A stretch of 64,000 nt of DNA from Thermoplasmata archaeon (GTDB lineage: Archaea; Thermoplasmatota; Thermoplasmata; Lutacidiplasmatales; UBA184): assembly GCA_035297105.1 (NCBI GenBank), contig DATGZO010000006.1:5415-69414 (forward strand), given 5' to 3'. A model generated the notes under the pieces. The model saw only the letters and a list, made by a program, of their open reading frames with translations, had not been told where the DNA came from and ran no database searches. Position numbers and translations under genes: made by a program. Below are positions 56,255 to 64,000 of this stretch, piece by piece. The first letter of the stretch is position 1; the number at the start of each line of letters is the position of its first letter.

Positions 56255-56992
56255 TCAACCGCTGCCCGTGGGAACCGCGGTCGGAGCGTACGTTGGGATC
56301 CGAACCAGGTGGATACCGGCCACGAGGGACCAGAGCAGGACGGGTGCCACAATCAACCGTTCCATCCCCCCCACCCCCAATCCGGAGTACGTCCCGTTGA
56401 GGAAGAGCACGAGCGCGATCAGGTCGACCAGGCCCGACACCATCGTGAAGGTGCGGAAGCCGTCCCAGCGCGTGTCCCGGAACATCGCGAACCCGAGGAC
56501 GATGAGGGCGAGACCCCCACCGGCGAAAGCGAGGAGGGCCGAGAGGGAGTGGATCGTGATGTTGACATCCTCCGGGGAGAGGCCGACGCCAATCGAGCCC
56601 AAGCCGGCGAGGGCGAGCAGCCCGAGCCCGATCCTGCGGGACTTGCGGGGCCGAAAGCCCGTCCGGATGAGGAGGACGGCGAGAACGATGAGGATCCCCA
56701 TGACGATGATCCCGACGTTGAACACGTCGTGCCACGGTGAGCAGGCGTAGTGGCCGCCGAACGAGCCGGTGCCACCGAAGACTCCGCAGTTCACGGCGCC
56801 GAGGTCGGAGATGTAGTTCTTGCTCAAGCTGTACGAAGAACCGTAACCGATCTGGGTCACGATCATCGCGACCAGGAACTCGACCGACGCCAGAATCAGT
56901 AGGAGGGCACCGTGATGCACCGAGCGATGTACCAGGGGACCATACCGTTCGCGAGGAAGCCGCGGGGTCGCGGCCTCGTCGGCGCCGGCCAT
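56255..56992 (-). CDS. DUF998-family polytopic membrane protein
   Basis: Six hydrophobic helices and a Gly-rich loop (GGTGSFGGHYACSPWHDVFN), as in DUF998 proteins. Confidence 0.6.
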   Translation of the reverse strand: MAGADEAATPRLPRERYGPLVHRSVHHGALLLILASVEFLVAMIVTQIGYGSSYSLSKNYISDLGAVNCGVFGGTGSFGGHYACSPWHDVFNVGIIVMGILIVLAVLLIRTGFRPRKSRRIGLGLLALAGLGSIGVGLSPEDVNITIHSLSALLAFAGGGLALIVLGFAMFRDTRWDGFRTFTMVSGLVDLIALVLFLNGTYSGLGVGGMERLIVAPVLLWSLVAGIHLVRIPTYAPTAVPTGSG

Positions 56993-56999
56993 GAGATCT

Positions 57000-57143
57000 C
57001 TACTCCTCGCGCGCGTTCCGTTGGTACGAGGCGTCGCTCGCCCGCTTCAGGCGAGCTCCGTCGCGGTCGCAGGTCGGACGTGCGCTCGGGGGGACGTCGA
57101 TGACGTAGCCCCCGCCGCACTTGGGACATTCATAGTACGGCAT
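57000..57143 (-). CDS. 47-aa zinc-ribbon mini-protein (not in the supplied ORF track because it is under 60 aa)
   Basis: ATG..TAG ORF read directly: MPYYECPKCGGGYVIDVPPSARPTCDRDGARLKRASDASYQRNAREE. It has a CPKCG knuckle plus a second Cys at position 25. It ends 8 nt before the DUF998 gene start on the same strand. Confidence 0.4.
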   Translation of the reverse strand: MPYYECPKCGGGYVIDVPPSARPTCDRDGARLKRASDASYQRNAREE

Positions 57144-57412
57144 GTCGACAACCCTGCCCGGCCGAGCGCAGGTCCGCTATAAAGGGGTCACGATACAGCC
57201 GTAGGGGGCCGACCATCGAGGAAAGGAAGGTTCGCCCGGCCCGCACGGCCTCTTCCGGGAGAGGCGGGGGGCGTCGCGCTCCTGCGCCCCGAGGAGCACG
57301 GGCCACGCCCGCCGGATCGACGGAGGAAGATCCCCGGACCCGGTTCCAGCGCCTCGACGAGTATCGGGTATCCCGTGAGTGGGAGCGCTACGAGGGCACC
57401 GCGCAGCGACGA

Positions 57413-58165
57413 TTGTTCCGGGAGCTACGGGCCCGATTCCTGGACCGACATGCTGCCTCCGATGGATGGGTCCTGGACCTGGGGTCGGGTCCGGGCCGAT
57501 TCTTATCGCATATCGGTCGACCCGGGACACGCCGCGTGGCCCTCGACCTTTCCGTGGAGATGCTGCGACGCGTGGAACGGCAGGGCCGGACTCCGCCCGA
57601 ACTAGTCCGGGGAGACGGAGTCAGTCCGCCTTTCCGGCCGGGCGCCTTCGGCGAGGTGGTGGTGTTGGGGAACGCCCTCGGGTTTGCGGGGAGCGAATCG
57701 GACCGTCTCTTGGTCGCGGCCGGCGACCTCGTCGGCCCCGGGGGGTCGCTGATCCTCGAGATCGTGGCGGGAGCTGGGGAGAGGGCACGGTACCTGTGTC
57801 GGCTTCCGGCTAGCAGCCTCGGGCGACTCTTCCGGGTCCCGACACCAGCCCTCGTGGCCCGGGTTGACCGCGAGGGTTTCGCCCTCGATCCCCCCCGGAA
57901 GTCCGATCCCGGCACCTTCCGGAGGTACATTCCGGATGAACTCAAGGAAATGATGACTCGGAGAGGTTGGTGGATCGAGGAGACAATGGCGGTCGCCCCC
58001 GCCTTGGGCGGAGACCGGGAGAGACTCGAGGGGGTCGCACCCGACCCGCTCGCGTGGGCCCATCTTCTCGAGTTGGAGGAGAGCGTAGGTCACCGGGAGG
58101 AGCGAACCCGAAGGGCCGCGGCCGTTCTGGTCGCCGTTCGCCGCCCGGCGCTCGGGAGCGCATGA
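57413..58165 (+). CDS. class I SAM-dependent methyltransferase
   Basis: Motif I VLDLGSGPGRF, then ALDLSVEMLRR and GPGGSLILEI. TTG start according to the ORF track. Confidence 0.65.
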   Translation: MFRELRARFLDRHAASDGWVLDLGSGPGRFLSHIGRPGTRRVALDLSVEMLRRVERQGRTPPELVRGDGVSPPFRPGAFGEVVVLGNALGFAGSESDRLLVAAGDLVGPGGSLILEIVAGAGERARYLCRLPASSLGRLFRVPTPALVARVDREGFALDPPRKSDPGTFRRYIPDELKEMMTRRGWWIEETMAVAPALGGDRERLEGVAPDPLAWAHLLELEESVGHREERTRRAAAVLVAVRRPALGSA

Positions 58166-58206
58166 TTAAGTAACTTGGGTCGCCCATCTTCTCAGTAACT
58201 GAGTTA

Positions 58207-60984
58207 ATGGCGAAGGTTACCCCCGCCACGACCGCGACGGACGCCGATCCCCCTTCCAAGGGCGGAACCGCTGCCGCCTCGTCCACCAAGACCACGAAGC
58301 CGAAGGGTCCCGCACCGACCTCACGATCGGTCACGGTCCCCCAACCCGAGGACATGGAACATGCGAAGGAGGATGCCCTCCTCCAGCTCCGTATCGGCCG
58401 TTCCGCCCACCTCTATGCGGTCCTGATCTCGGCCGCCCTCGCTCTCGACGGGATCCTGGTCCTGCTGCTCGACCCGACCCTCCCCCAGCTACCGGCTTCC
58501 GCCTCCGGACTCGTCGCGCTGAACGACAGCATCTTCCTCTTGATCCCGATCGCCGCCGGAGTAACGATCGCGGCCATCGCTCTAGTTACGAAGTGGGAGG
58601 CCTACCAGCTGTGGCCGTGGGAGCTCCACTTCTCAATGACGGTCGGGGCCGTCGGCTTGAACGGCCTCATCGCGGTGGTCTACGCCACGCGCCTCGCCGG
58701 TGTCGGACCGTTCGCCCACCTGGCCCTGGTCCCCTGGTTCTATCCGGTGACCCTCGTCGGGATCAGCGTAGCGTTTCTCGGACTCGCGCTCACCTGGACC
58801 AAGTGGTCGGTACATCAGTGGACGAGCACGCTGTGCGCCGTCCTGCCGATCGCGAGCGCGGCGTTCCTGTTCGTGGCGACTCCGAGTGGAGCGTCGGGGG
58901 CGGCCGGACTCGCGATCAGCCTCTTCCTCTCCGCCATCCTCTACCAGACCTCGGGTTCCTTCCTCCACCTCATCTCTTCCGGTACGCGGCCCCACGAGCG
59001 GGAACTGATCACCTCCGGTCAGAGCCGGATGTTCCGCCTCGCCGACGAGGTCCGCGGCAAGGAGGAGAGCCTCCACTTCCGGGAAGCCGCGATCCTGAAG
59101 CGCGAGTCGGACGCTGAGAACGCCGAGGCGTCGATCGCCCGGCAGAACGATTCCCTGAAGGAGGGTCGCCAACAGCTCGACGACCTCGAGCTCGATTACC
59201 GGAAGCGGTCGGACGATCTGATCGACCGGGAACGGACTTGGGCCGGCAGGCTCGCCGAGATGGATGCCCGGACCCGACTCACGGAGGATAAGGGCAAGGC
59301 GATCGAGCTCCGGGAACAGGAGGTCGGGCGACTCGTCCCCCAGGTCTCGGCTCGCGAGCAACGGCTGGTCGAGCGCGAGGCGGAGCAGACCCGGCGCGAC
59401 GTCGAGATCACGCAGCGCGCCCAGGAACTCGAGCGACGTTTCGGCACGCTACCCGAAATGGAAGCGCGCCTCGAAGCCCGTCGCAAGGACCTGGACCAGA
59501 AGACCGCGGAACTGTTGCGACGCGAAGGAGAGGTCGTCTCGCTGGAGACCGCGTCCAAGAACGGGCTGAAGGCTCCGACCAGCGCGCAGGCCGACCTGAC
59601 CACGCGCGAGATCAAGCTCCAGCAGTTCAAGGCGGTGCTCGACGAGGCGAACGTCGCGCTCGGTCGCCGCTCCCGCGAGACCACCGACAAGGCGAATCAG
59701 GTGCAGGATGCGCAGAAGAAGCTCGCCGACCGCGAGGGGGCGCTCGCCGCCCGCGAGGCGACCTTGAAACAGCGCGAGGCGGAGCTCGATCAGATCCGCC
59801 AGGCGGCGGAGGACCGACGCGCCCAGTACGATAGTGCCTCGAAGGATTACACGGGACGGGTGGACGAGCTGGGCCGCCAGCAGGCGGAGACCGCGCAAAA
59901 GGCCGCGGACCTCGACCGTACCCTCAAGACCCTATCGGATCGAGAAGCCGTACTGGCCGCCCGGGAACAACGGATGACCTCCGACCGCTCCAGCCTCGAG
60001 CAGCGGGAGCAGATCCTGACGTCCCGCGAGCGGCGGCTGGACGCCAACGAGGCCGAAGCCGGTCTCCGTCGTGCCGCGCTCTCCCAGACCAGCAACCTCT
60101 CCATGGCCGGCATGGCCGCCGTCGCGGCGGCGGGCCGGCTCGACGACACGTCGCGCTCGTCCGCCCGCTCGCGCGCGACCGACTCGACGACGGTTACCGA
60201 CCTCGCCGGGGAGACCGGTGGGGGAGCGAGCGAGACCCTACGGGCGGGAACGCCCCACACCGACGTGCAACGACTCCCCACGGGAATCCCCCGGTTGGAC
60301 GACCTCCTGGTGGGAGGCCTGCCCGCGAAAGCCCACATCGTCCTCCTCGGGGATGCCTTCGTCGGGAAGGAGATCGTCCTCTACTCCTTCATCGCCGAAG
60401 GACTGAAGCGGGGCGAGCCGGCCCTCCTCGTGACCGGGTCCCGGTCGCCGGAGGAGGTCGCCGCCAGCCTCGGGGTCGTTCTCCCCCAATTCAAGGACTA
60501 CGAGCAGCTCGGCCTCGTCACCTGGATCGATGCGTCCGGCTCGACGGCCCCCGCGACGCCCCATCGACTGAGGGCGACGGGGCCGGAGGACCGGGCCGGG
60601 ATCCTCACGAACCTCGTGAAGGCCTCGAAGGGATTCGAGGACGTCCACCAGACCCCGTTCCGGGTCGGGTTCCTGGGTCTCTCGGCCGTCCTCGCGGGGG
60701 GCGACGCGCGGACCGGGCTCTCCTTCCTCCAGAACGCGGTCGGGATCCTGAAGATCCGCGACGCGCTCGCGATGTACTCCCTCGAAGGGGGGGCGATCTC
60801 GGACGCCCAGGTCGAGGCCCTCCTCAGCCGGATGGACGGCGCAATCCTCTTCCGCCAGGACCGGGACAAGACCTTCCTGTCGGTCAAGGGGCTGGGTGAA
60901 GTCCAGACCCATGACTGGGTCGAGTGCCGGGCGACGAACCGCGCGCTGATCATCGGGTCCTTCGCACTCGAACGGATCCGCTGA
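58207..60984 (+). CDS. polytopic membrane protein with ~400-aa coiled coil and a C-terminal KaiC/RecA-like domain carrying a degenerate Walker A
   Basis: The N-terminal ~250 aa contain about 7 TM helices. Residues ~270-600 are heptad-rich with Glu/Arg/Leu/Ala (...LEARRKDLDQKTAELLRREGE...). The C-terminus has TGIPRLDDLLVGGLPAKAHIVLLGDAFVGKEIVLYSFIAEGLKRGEPALLVTG, with KaiC-like GIPxLD and a P-loop G-x4-GKE in place of GK[ST]. Confidence 0.6.
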   Translation: MAKVTPATTATDADPPSKGGTAAASSTKTTKPKGPAPTSRSVTVPQPEDMEHAKEDALLQLRIGRSAHLYAVLISAALALDGILVLLLDPTLPQLPASASGLVALNDSIFLLIPIAAGVTIAAIALVTKWEAYQLWPWELHFSMTVGAVGLNGLIAVVYATRLAGVGPFAHLALVPWFYPVTLVGISVAFLGLALTWTKWSVHQWTSTLCAVLPIASAAFLFVATPSGASGAAGLAISLFLSAILYQTSGSFLHLISSGTRPHERELITSGQSRMFRLADEVRGKEESLHFREAAILKRESDAENAEASIARQNDSLKEGRQQLDDLELDYRKRSDDLIDRERTWAGRLAEMDARTRLTEDKGKAIELREQEVGRLVPQVSAREQRLVEREAEQTRRDVEITQRAQELERRFGTLPEMEARLEARRKDLDQKTAELLRREGEVVSLETASKNGLKAPTSAQADLTTREIKLQQFKAVLDEANVALGRRSRETTDKANQVQDAQKKLADREGALAAREATLKQREAELDQIRQAAEDRRAQYDSASKDYTGRVDELGRQQAETAQKAADLDRTLKTLSDREAVLAAREQRMTSDRSSLEQREQILTSRERRLDANEAEAGLRRAALSQTSNLSMAGMAAVAAAGRLDDTSRSSARSRATDSTTVTDLAGETGGGASETLRAGTPHTDVQRLPTGIPRLDDLLVGGLPAKAHIVLLGDAFVGKEIVLYSFIAEGLKRGEPALLVTGSRSPEEVAASLGVVLPQFKDYEQLGLVTWIDASGSTAPATPHRLRATGPEDRAGILTNLVKASKGFEDVHQTPFRVGFLGLSAVLAGGDARTGLSFLQNAVGILKIRDALAMYSLEGGAISDAQVEALLSRMDGAILFRQDRDKTFLSVKGLGEVQTHDWVECRATNRALIIGSFALERIR

Positions 60985-62018
60985 CGCGGGGTCGTGCTAC
61001 GGGGCTTTCCGACCGACAGAAGGCGTTCCTTCTCGTACTCTTTGCTCCCCTCTTCGCGGAGATGGTGAGCGGCTCCACCCCTCCGCTCGCGTTCGTGTTC
61101 CCGTGGGTCCTCGGGATCTTCATGATGATCTACGGGGCCAGCGCGCTCCTGATCCGGGAGGCGACGATCCGGTGGAAGACCGGCCCGGCGGGGGTCATCT
61201 CCCTCGGCCTCGCGTTCGGGATCCTCAACGAAGGGATGGCGGCTCACTCCCTCTTCAACCCCTCTTGGCCCGACCTCGGCCGCCTCGCCGGGTTCGGGTA
61301 CTACGGCGGCGTGAACTGGATCTGGACCGAGTGGATAGTCCCGTTCCACGCCGTCTGGAGCATGGCGTTCCCGATCCTGCTCGTCCGGCAATTCTGGCCC
61401 GACATCCGGGACCGCCCCCTCGTGTCACTCCGGTGGTTGGCCCTCGTAGTCCCGATTCCGTTCCTCGGCGCCGCGATCACGACGGCCTGGTTCATCGGGT
61501 ACCCGCCGACCCTCGTCGAATGGATGGGGATGGGTGGCGCACTCCTCCTCCTCGTCTTCCTCACCTACCATTACGTACCTCGCCTTCGGAGCTGGCGTCC
61601 CCTCGGGAACTACGTCCCTACCCCTCGAACGGCGGCCGTGGTCGGGGTGCTGTTCTTCCTTGTCGGTCAGGTCGGGATCTTCTCGACCGCGGGGCTGGGG
61701 CTGAGCGCGGCGGTCGTGTTCCTCCTGGTCGTCCTCCTGTTCGGGGCGTTCGCCCTCTTCGGCACGGCCTTCCGCGACGATCGTTCGGGGGAGCGCGCCC
61801 GCTTCGCGTGGACGATCGGGGGCACCGGTTTCTACGTCGCCCTCTCGCCGTTCTCGGAGTTCTTCCTGGGGAGGGCCGGCCTGGTCCCCATCGACGTGGC
61901 GTTCCTCGCCTTCGTCGTCTGGCTCTACCGCCAGCGCGCCGCGGGACCGGAGGGGCTCGCCGGGGTTCCACCGGCCGGCGCGACGGGCGAGCCGGGCGCC
62001 CCGGTGGGCTCGACGTAA
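60924..62018 (+). CDS. polytopic integral membrane protein of unknown function
   Basis: 8-9 hydrophobic helices. The true start is probably internal (GTG at ~60957 or ATG at 61062), because 60924 overlaps the upstream gene by 60 nt. Confidence 0.5.
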   Translation: MPGDEPRADHRVLRTRTDPLTRGRATGLSDRQKAFLLVLFAPLFAEMVSGSTPPLAFVFPWVLGIFMMIYGASALLIREATIRWKTGPAGVISLGLAFGILNEGMAAHSLFNPSWPDLGRLAGFGYYGGVNWIWTEWIVPFHAVWSMAFPILLVRQFWPDIRDRPLVSLRWLALVVPIPFLGAAITTAWFIGYPPTLVEWMGMGGALLLLVFLTYHYVPRLRSWRPLGNYVPTPRTAAVVGVLFFLVGQVGIFSTAGLGLSAAVVFLLVVLLFGAFALFGTAFRDDRSGERARFAWTIGGTGFYVALSPFSEFFLGRAGLVPIDVAFLAFVVWLYRQRAAGPEGLAGVPPAGATGEPGAPVGST

Positions 62019-63010
62019 TCGCGCCGGTCCGCGAGGTACCGGGGCGTTTCGCCGGCGAAGAACCGCCGCACGTTCTCCACAGCCATCCTCAGGCTGTACT
62101 CCTCCGCCCCCGGGACCGCGCCGGCGGAATGCGGCGTCCCTACGAAGTTCGGCAGGTGGGTCCAGGGAAATCGCTGGCCGAGGGTGCCGGCTTGGTAGTC
62201 CTCGTCCCACCAGACGTCGAGCGCGACCCGGAACGTGGGATGAGCGGACAGATGCTGGAAGAGGGCTGCCTCGTCGACCGTACCTGCCCGACCCACGTTG
62301 ACGTAGATCGCGGTCAAGCGCATGCGGGCGAGTTGGTCCGCACCGATCGAGGCCCGGGTCGCCCGCGTCAGAGGGCGGACGTCAAAGACCACGTCCGCGT
62401 CGGCCAGCGCCTCCTCCAGCCGGTGGGCCGGGTATACCGCGTCGAGCTCCGGTGCCATTCGGCCGTTCCGGTTCAGCCCGACCCGACGCACGCCGAATCC
62501 CGCGAGGCGGCGTGCGATCTCGGTACCGATCGCGCCGTACCCAAGGATGAGGGCGGTCGTTCCCACGAGCGAGATCGCCGGCGGCGGGGGCCGAAGGCGA
62601 CCCTCCGCGACCATCCGGTCGCTCGTCCGAAGGGAACGAGCTGCGGCGAGCGCGAGGGCCACGGCGTGTTCGGCCACGAAGGGAGCGAATCCCCCCACGT
62701 TCCCTGCGATGCGGACGCTCTCGGGGAATCGCTCGAACGGGAAACCGTCGAGACCCGTGTAGGCCCGTTGGACAAAGGCGAGCTTCGGTGTGGTCTCGGC
62801 CCGGAAATCGCCGAGCTCCCGTTCCACCGACCCGACGAGGAGGGCCTCGACTGACGCGAGGTCGGCCCCCTCGGTTTCTGCGGCAAAGCGCCAAGGAACC
62901 TCCGGGAGGAATGCGTCCACGGTCGATGCGACCGAATCCCTCCGGCGCAGGGCCACGAGGAGCCGAGGCGGGGACCGATCCATGGCGAACCCAAGTCCCC
63001 CGGGGTTCAT
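61925..63010 (-). CDS. D-isomer-specific 2-hydroxyacid dehydrogenase (NAD-binding)
   Basis: Rossmann motif GYGAIGTEIARRLAGFGVR and the catalytic region ...NVGRAGTVDEAALFQHL.......PHSAG. The ORF extends to 63463 through low complexity; Met at 63010 gives a typical ~360-aa protein. Confidence 0.8.
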   Translation of the reverse strand: MNPGGLGFAMDRSPPRLLVALRRRDSVASTVDAFLPEVPWRFAAETEGADLASVEALLVGSVERELGDFRAETTPKLAFVQRAYTGLDGFPFERFPESVRIAGNVGGFAPFVAEHAVALALAAARSLRTSDRMVAEGRLRPPPPAISLVGTTALILGYGAIGTEIARRLAGFGVRRVGLNRNGRMAPELDAVYPAHRLEEALADADVVFDVRPLTRATRASIGADQLARMRLTAIYVNVGRAGTVDEAALFQHLSAHPTFRVALDVWWDEDYQAGTLGQRFPWTHLPNFVGTPHSAGAVPGAEEYSLRMAVENVRRFFAGETPRYLADRRDYVEPTGAPGSPVAPAGGTPASPSGPAARWR

Positions 63011-63042
63011 CTCCCTCTCCCCTGCCGGCGCAGGAGGAGGGG

Positions 63043-64000
63043 TCAATGGTGCGCCGGCGGGGCCGCGGAGGGGGACGTCATCTCGATCGCTGCCTCGACG
63101 GTGTGCGCCGCCTTTTCCGCGAAGGCGCGCGCTTCCTCCGTCGTCTTCCCTCGGGCGACCGCGACGCCGAGTCGACGGTCCGGGTACGCCTCGGGCTTGC
63201 CGAAGAGGAAGATCCGGACGCCGGACGGCGCGAGCGCGGTCGAAAGTCCCCCGTACGAGGGCGCCCACCCCGAGGACGAGGCGAGGATCACGTGCGCGGC
63301 GGCGGGAGTGGTCGGCTCCGGGCCCGTGTACGGGAGCCCCAGGATCGCCCGGGCGTGCAGCGCGAACTCGCTGTTCCATTGGCTGCCCAGCGTGACCAGA
63401 CCGGTATCGTGAGGGCGAGGAGAGACCTCGCTGAAGTAGACCGTCCCGCCCTTCACGAAGCATTCCACCCCGAAGATACCGACCCCGCCCAGCTGGTCGG
63501 TCACGGCCGTCGCGGTCGACTCGAGCCCGCGGGCCACGTCGGGGGGGAAGACCTCGGGCTGCCAGCTCTCATGGTAGAGCGTGCCGGGCCGAAGATGGGC
63601 GACCGGCTCCATGACCGACGTCACGACCCGACCCTCCGGGTTGTAGTGGCGGAGGGTGAGCATCGTCACTTCCCGGTCGAAGGGGATGAACTCCTCGACC
63701 ATCACCCGGGCATTTCGAACTCGGCCGTGCTCGCTAGCCTCGAGGTAGGCGGCCTCGACGGCGCCCGCATCCCGTACGACCGACATCCCGTGCCCGGAGC
63801 TCGACATCACTGCCTTGAAGACGCACGGCACGCCCAGGTCGCGAACGGCCTGCTGCGCCTCGGCGACGCTCCCGACCATCGCGAAGGCGCTCGCCTTGAC
63901 GTGGGCCTTCTCGGTCGCCAGTCGGCGGATCCGTTCCCGGTCCATCGTGGCCCTCGTCGACTCGGCCCGGGGGATGACCGTCCAGCCCTCCTCTTCGAGT
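63043..64000 (-). CDS. purT: ATP-grasp formate-dependent phosphoribosylglycinamide formyltransferase-like protein, C-terminal part (N-terminus beyond the window end)
   Basis: ...GVPCVFKAVMSSSGHGMSVV...EEFIPFDREVTMLTLRHY...SEFALHARAILGLPY...IFLFGKPEAYPDRRLGVAVARG...EEARAFAEKA matches PurT/PurK ATP-grasp C-terminal blocks. The frame continues past nt 64000. Confidence 0.72.
   Translation of the reverse strand, partial: LEEEGWTVIPRAESTRATMDRERIRRLATEKAHVKASAFAMVGSVAEAQQAVRDLGVPCVFKAVMSSSGHGMSVVRDAGAVEAAYLEASEHGRVRNARVMVEEFIPFDREVTMLTLRHYNPEGRVVTSVMEPVAHLRPGTLYHESWQPEVFPPDVARGLESTATAVTDQLGGVGIFGVECFVKGGTVYFSEVSPRPHDTGLVTLGSQWNSEFALHARAILGLPYTGPEPTTPAAAHVILASSSGWAPSYGGLSTALAPSGVRIFLFGKPEAYPDRRLGVAVARGKTTEEARAFAEKAAHTVEAAIEMTSPSAAPPAHH

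Noticed and set aside
61925-62018. 94-nt convergent overlap between the membrane-protein gene and the 2-hydroxyacid dehydrogenase gene, considered as evidence that one of them is spurious
   Set aside because: Both have coherent domain and topology signals, and both end at real stop codons. A short convergent overlap of 3' ends is plausible.

Overview
The window is high G+C (roughly two-thirds by eye), coding-dense and looks archaeal. Supporting markers are deoxyhypusine synthase, a short archaeal-type triose-phosphate isomerase, an archaeal/ER-type signal peptidase I, pyrB-pyrI, TATA-like boxes about 25 nt upstream of apparently leaderless starts, and a probable type-A RNase P RNA. Housekeeping genes include thrS, pyrBI, ilvE, tldD/pmbA, acs, tpiA and a purT fragment. 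A glycogen/alpha-glucan module (ROK kinase, GH15, GH57, glycogen synthase) is also present. Several accessory blocks stand out. (i) Two divergent STAND-class NTPases with TPR arrays bracket dys. (ii) A TasA/camelysin-like secreted-protein pair is followed by a CPBP::SipW fusion protease and an anchored partner, a candidate fibre/biofilm-matrix module. (iii) A lower-G+C G1 (eqolisin) glutamic peptidase gene is followed by two paralogous giant N-glycosylated surface proteins with thermopsin-like N-domains; three secreted-protein genes share a pyrimidine-rich 3' motif. (iv) A low-G+C islet carries vapBC, flanked by a repeated ATTCATATG motif. (v) An IS630-like transposase has both DDE aspartates replaced. 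(vi) A 7TM, coiled-coil, degenerate KaiC-like ATPase gene is followed by a polytopic membrane protein. A probable rnpB lies antisense to the 3' tail of a glycoside-hydrolase ORF. Because G+C is high, many long shadow ORFs are spurious. CDS calls were made by recognising family motifs, not by ORF length. Coordinates read from the printed sequence rather than the ORF track may be off by 1-2 nt.
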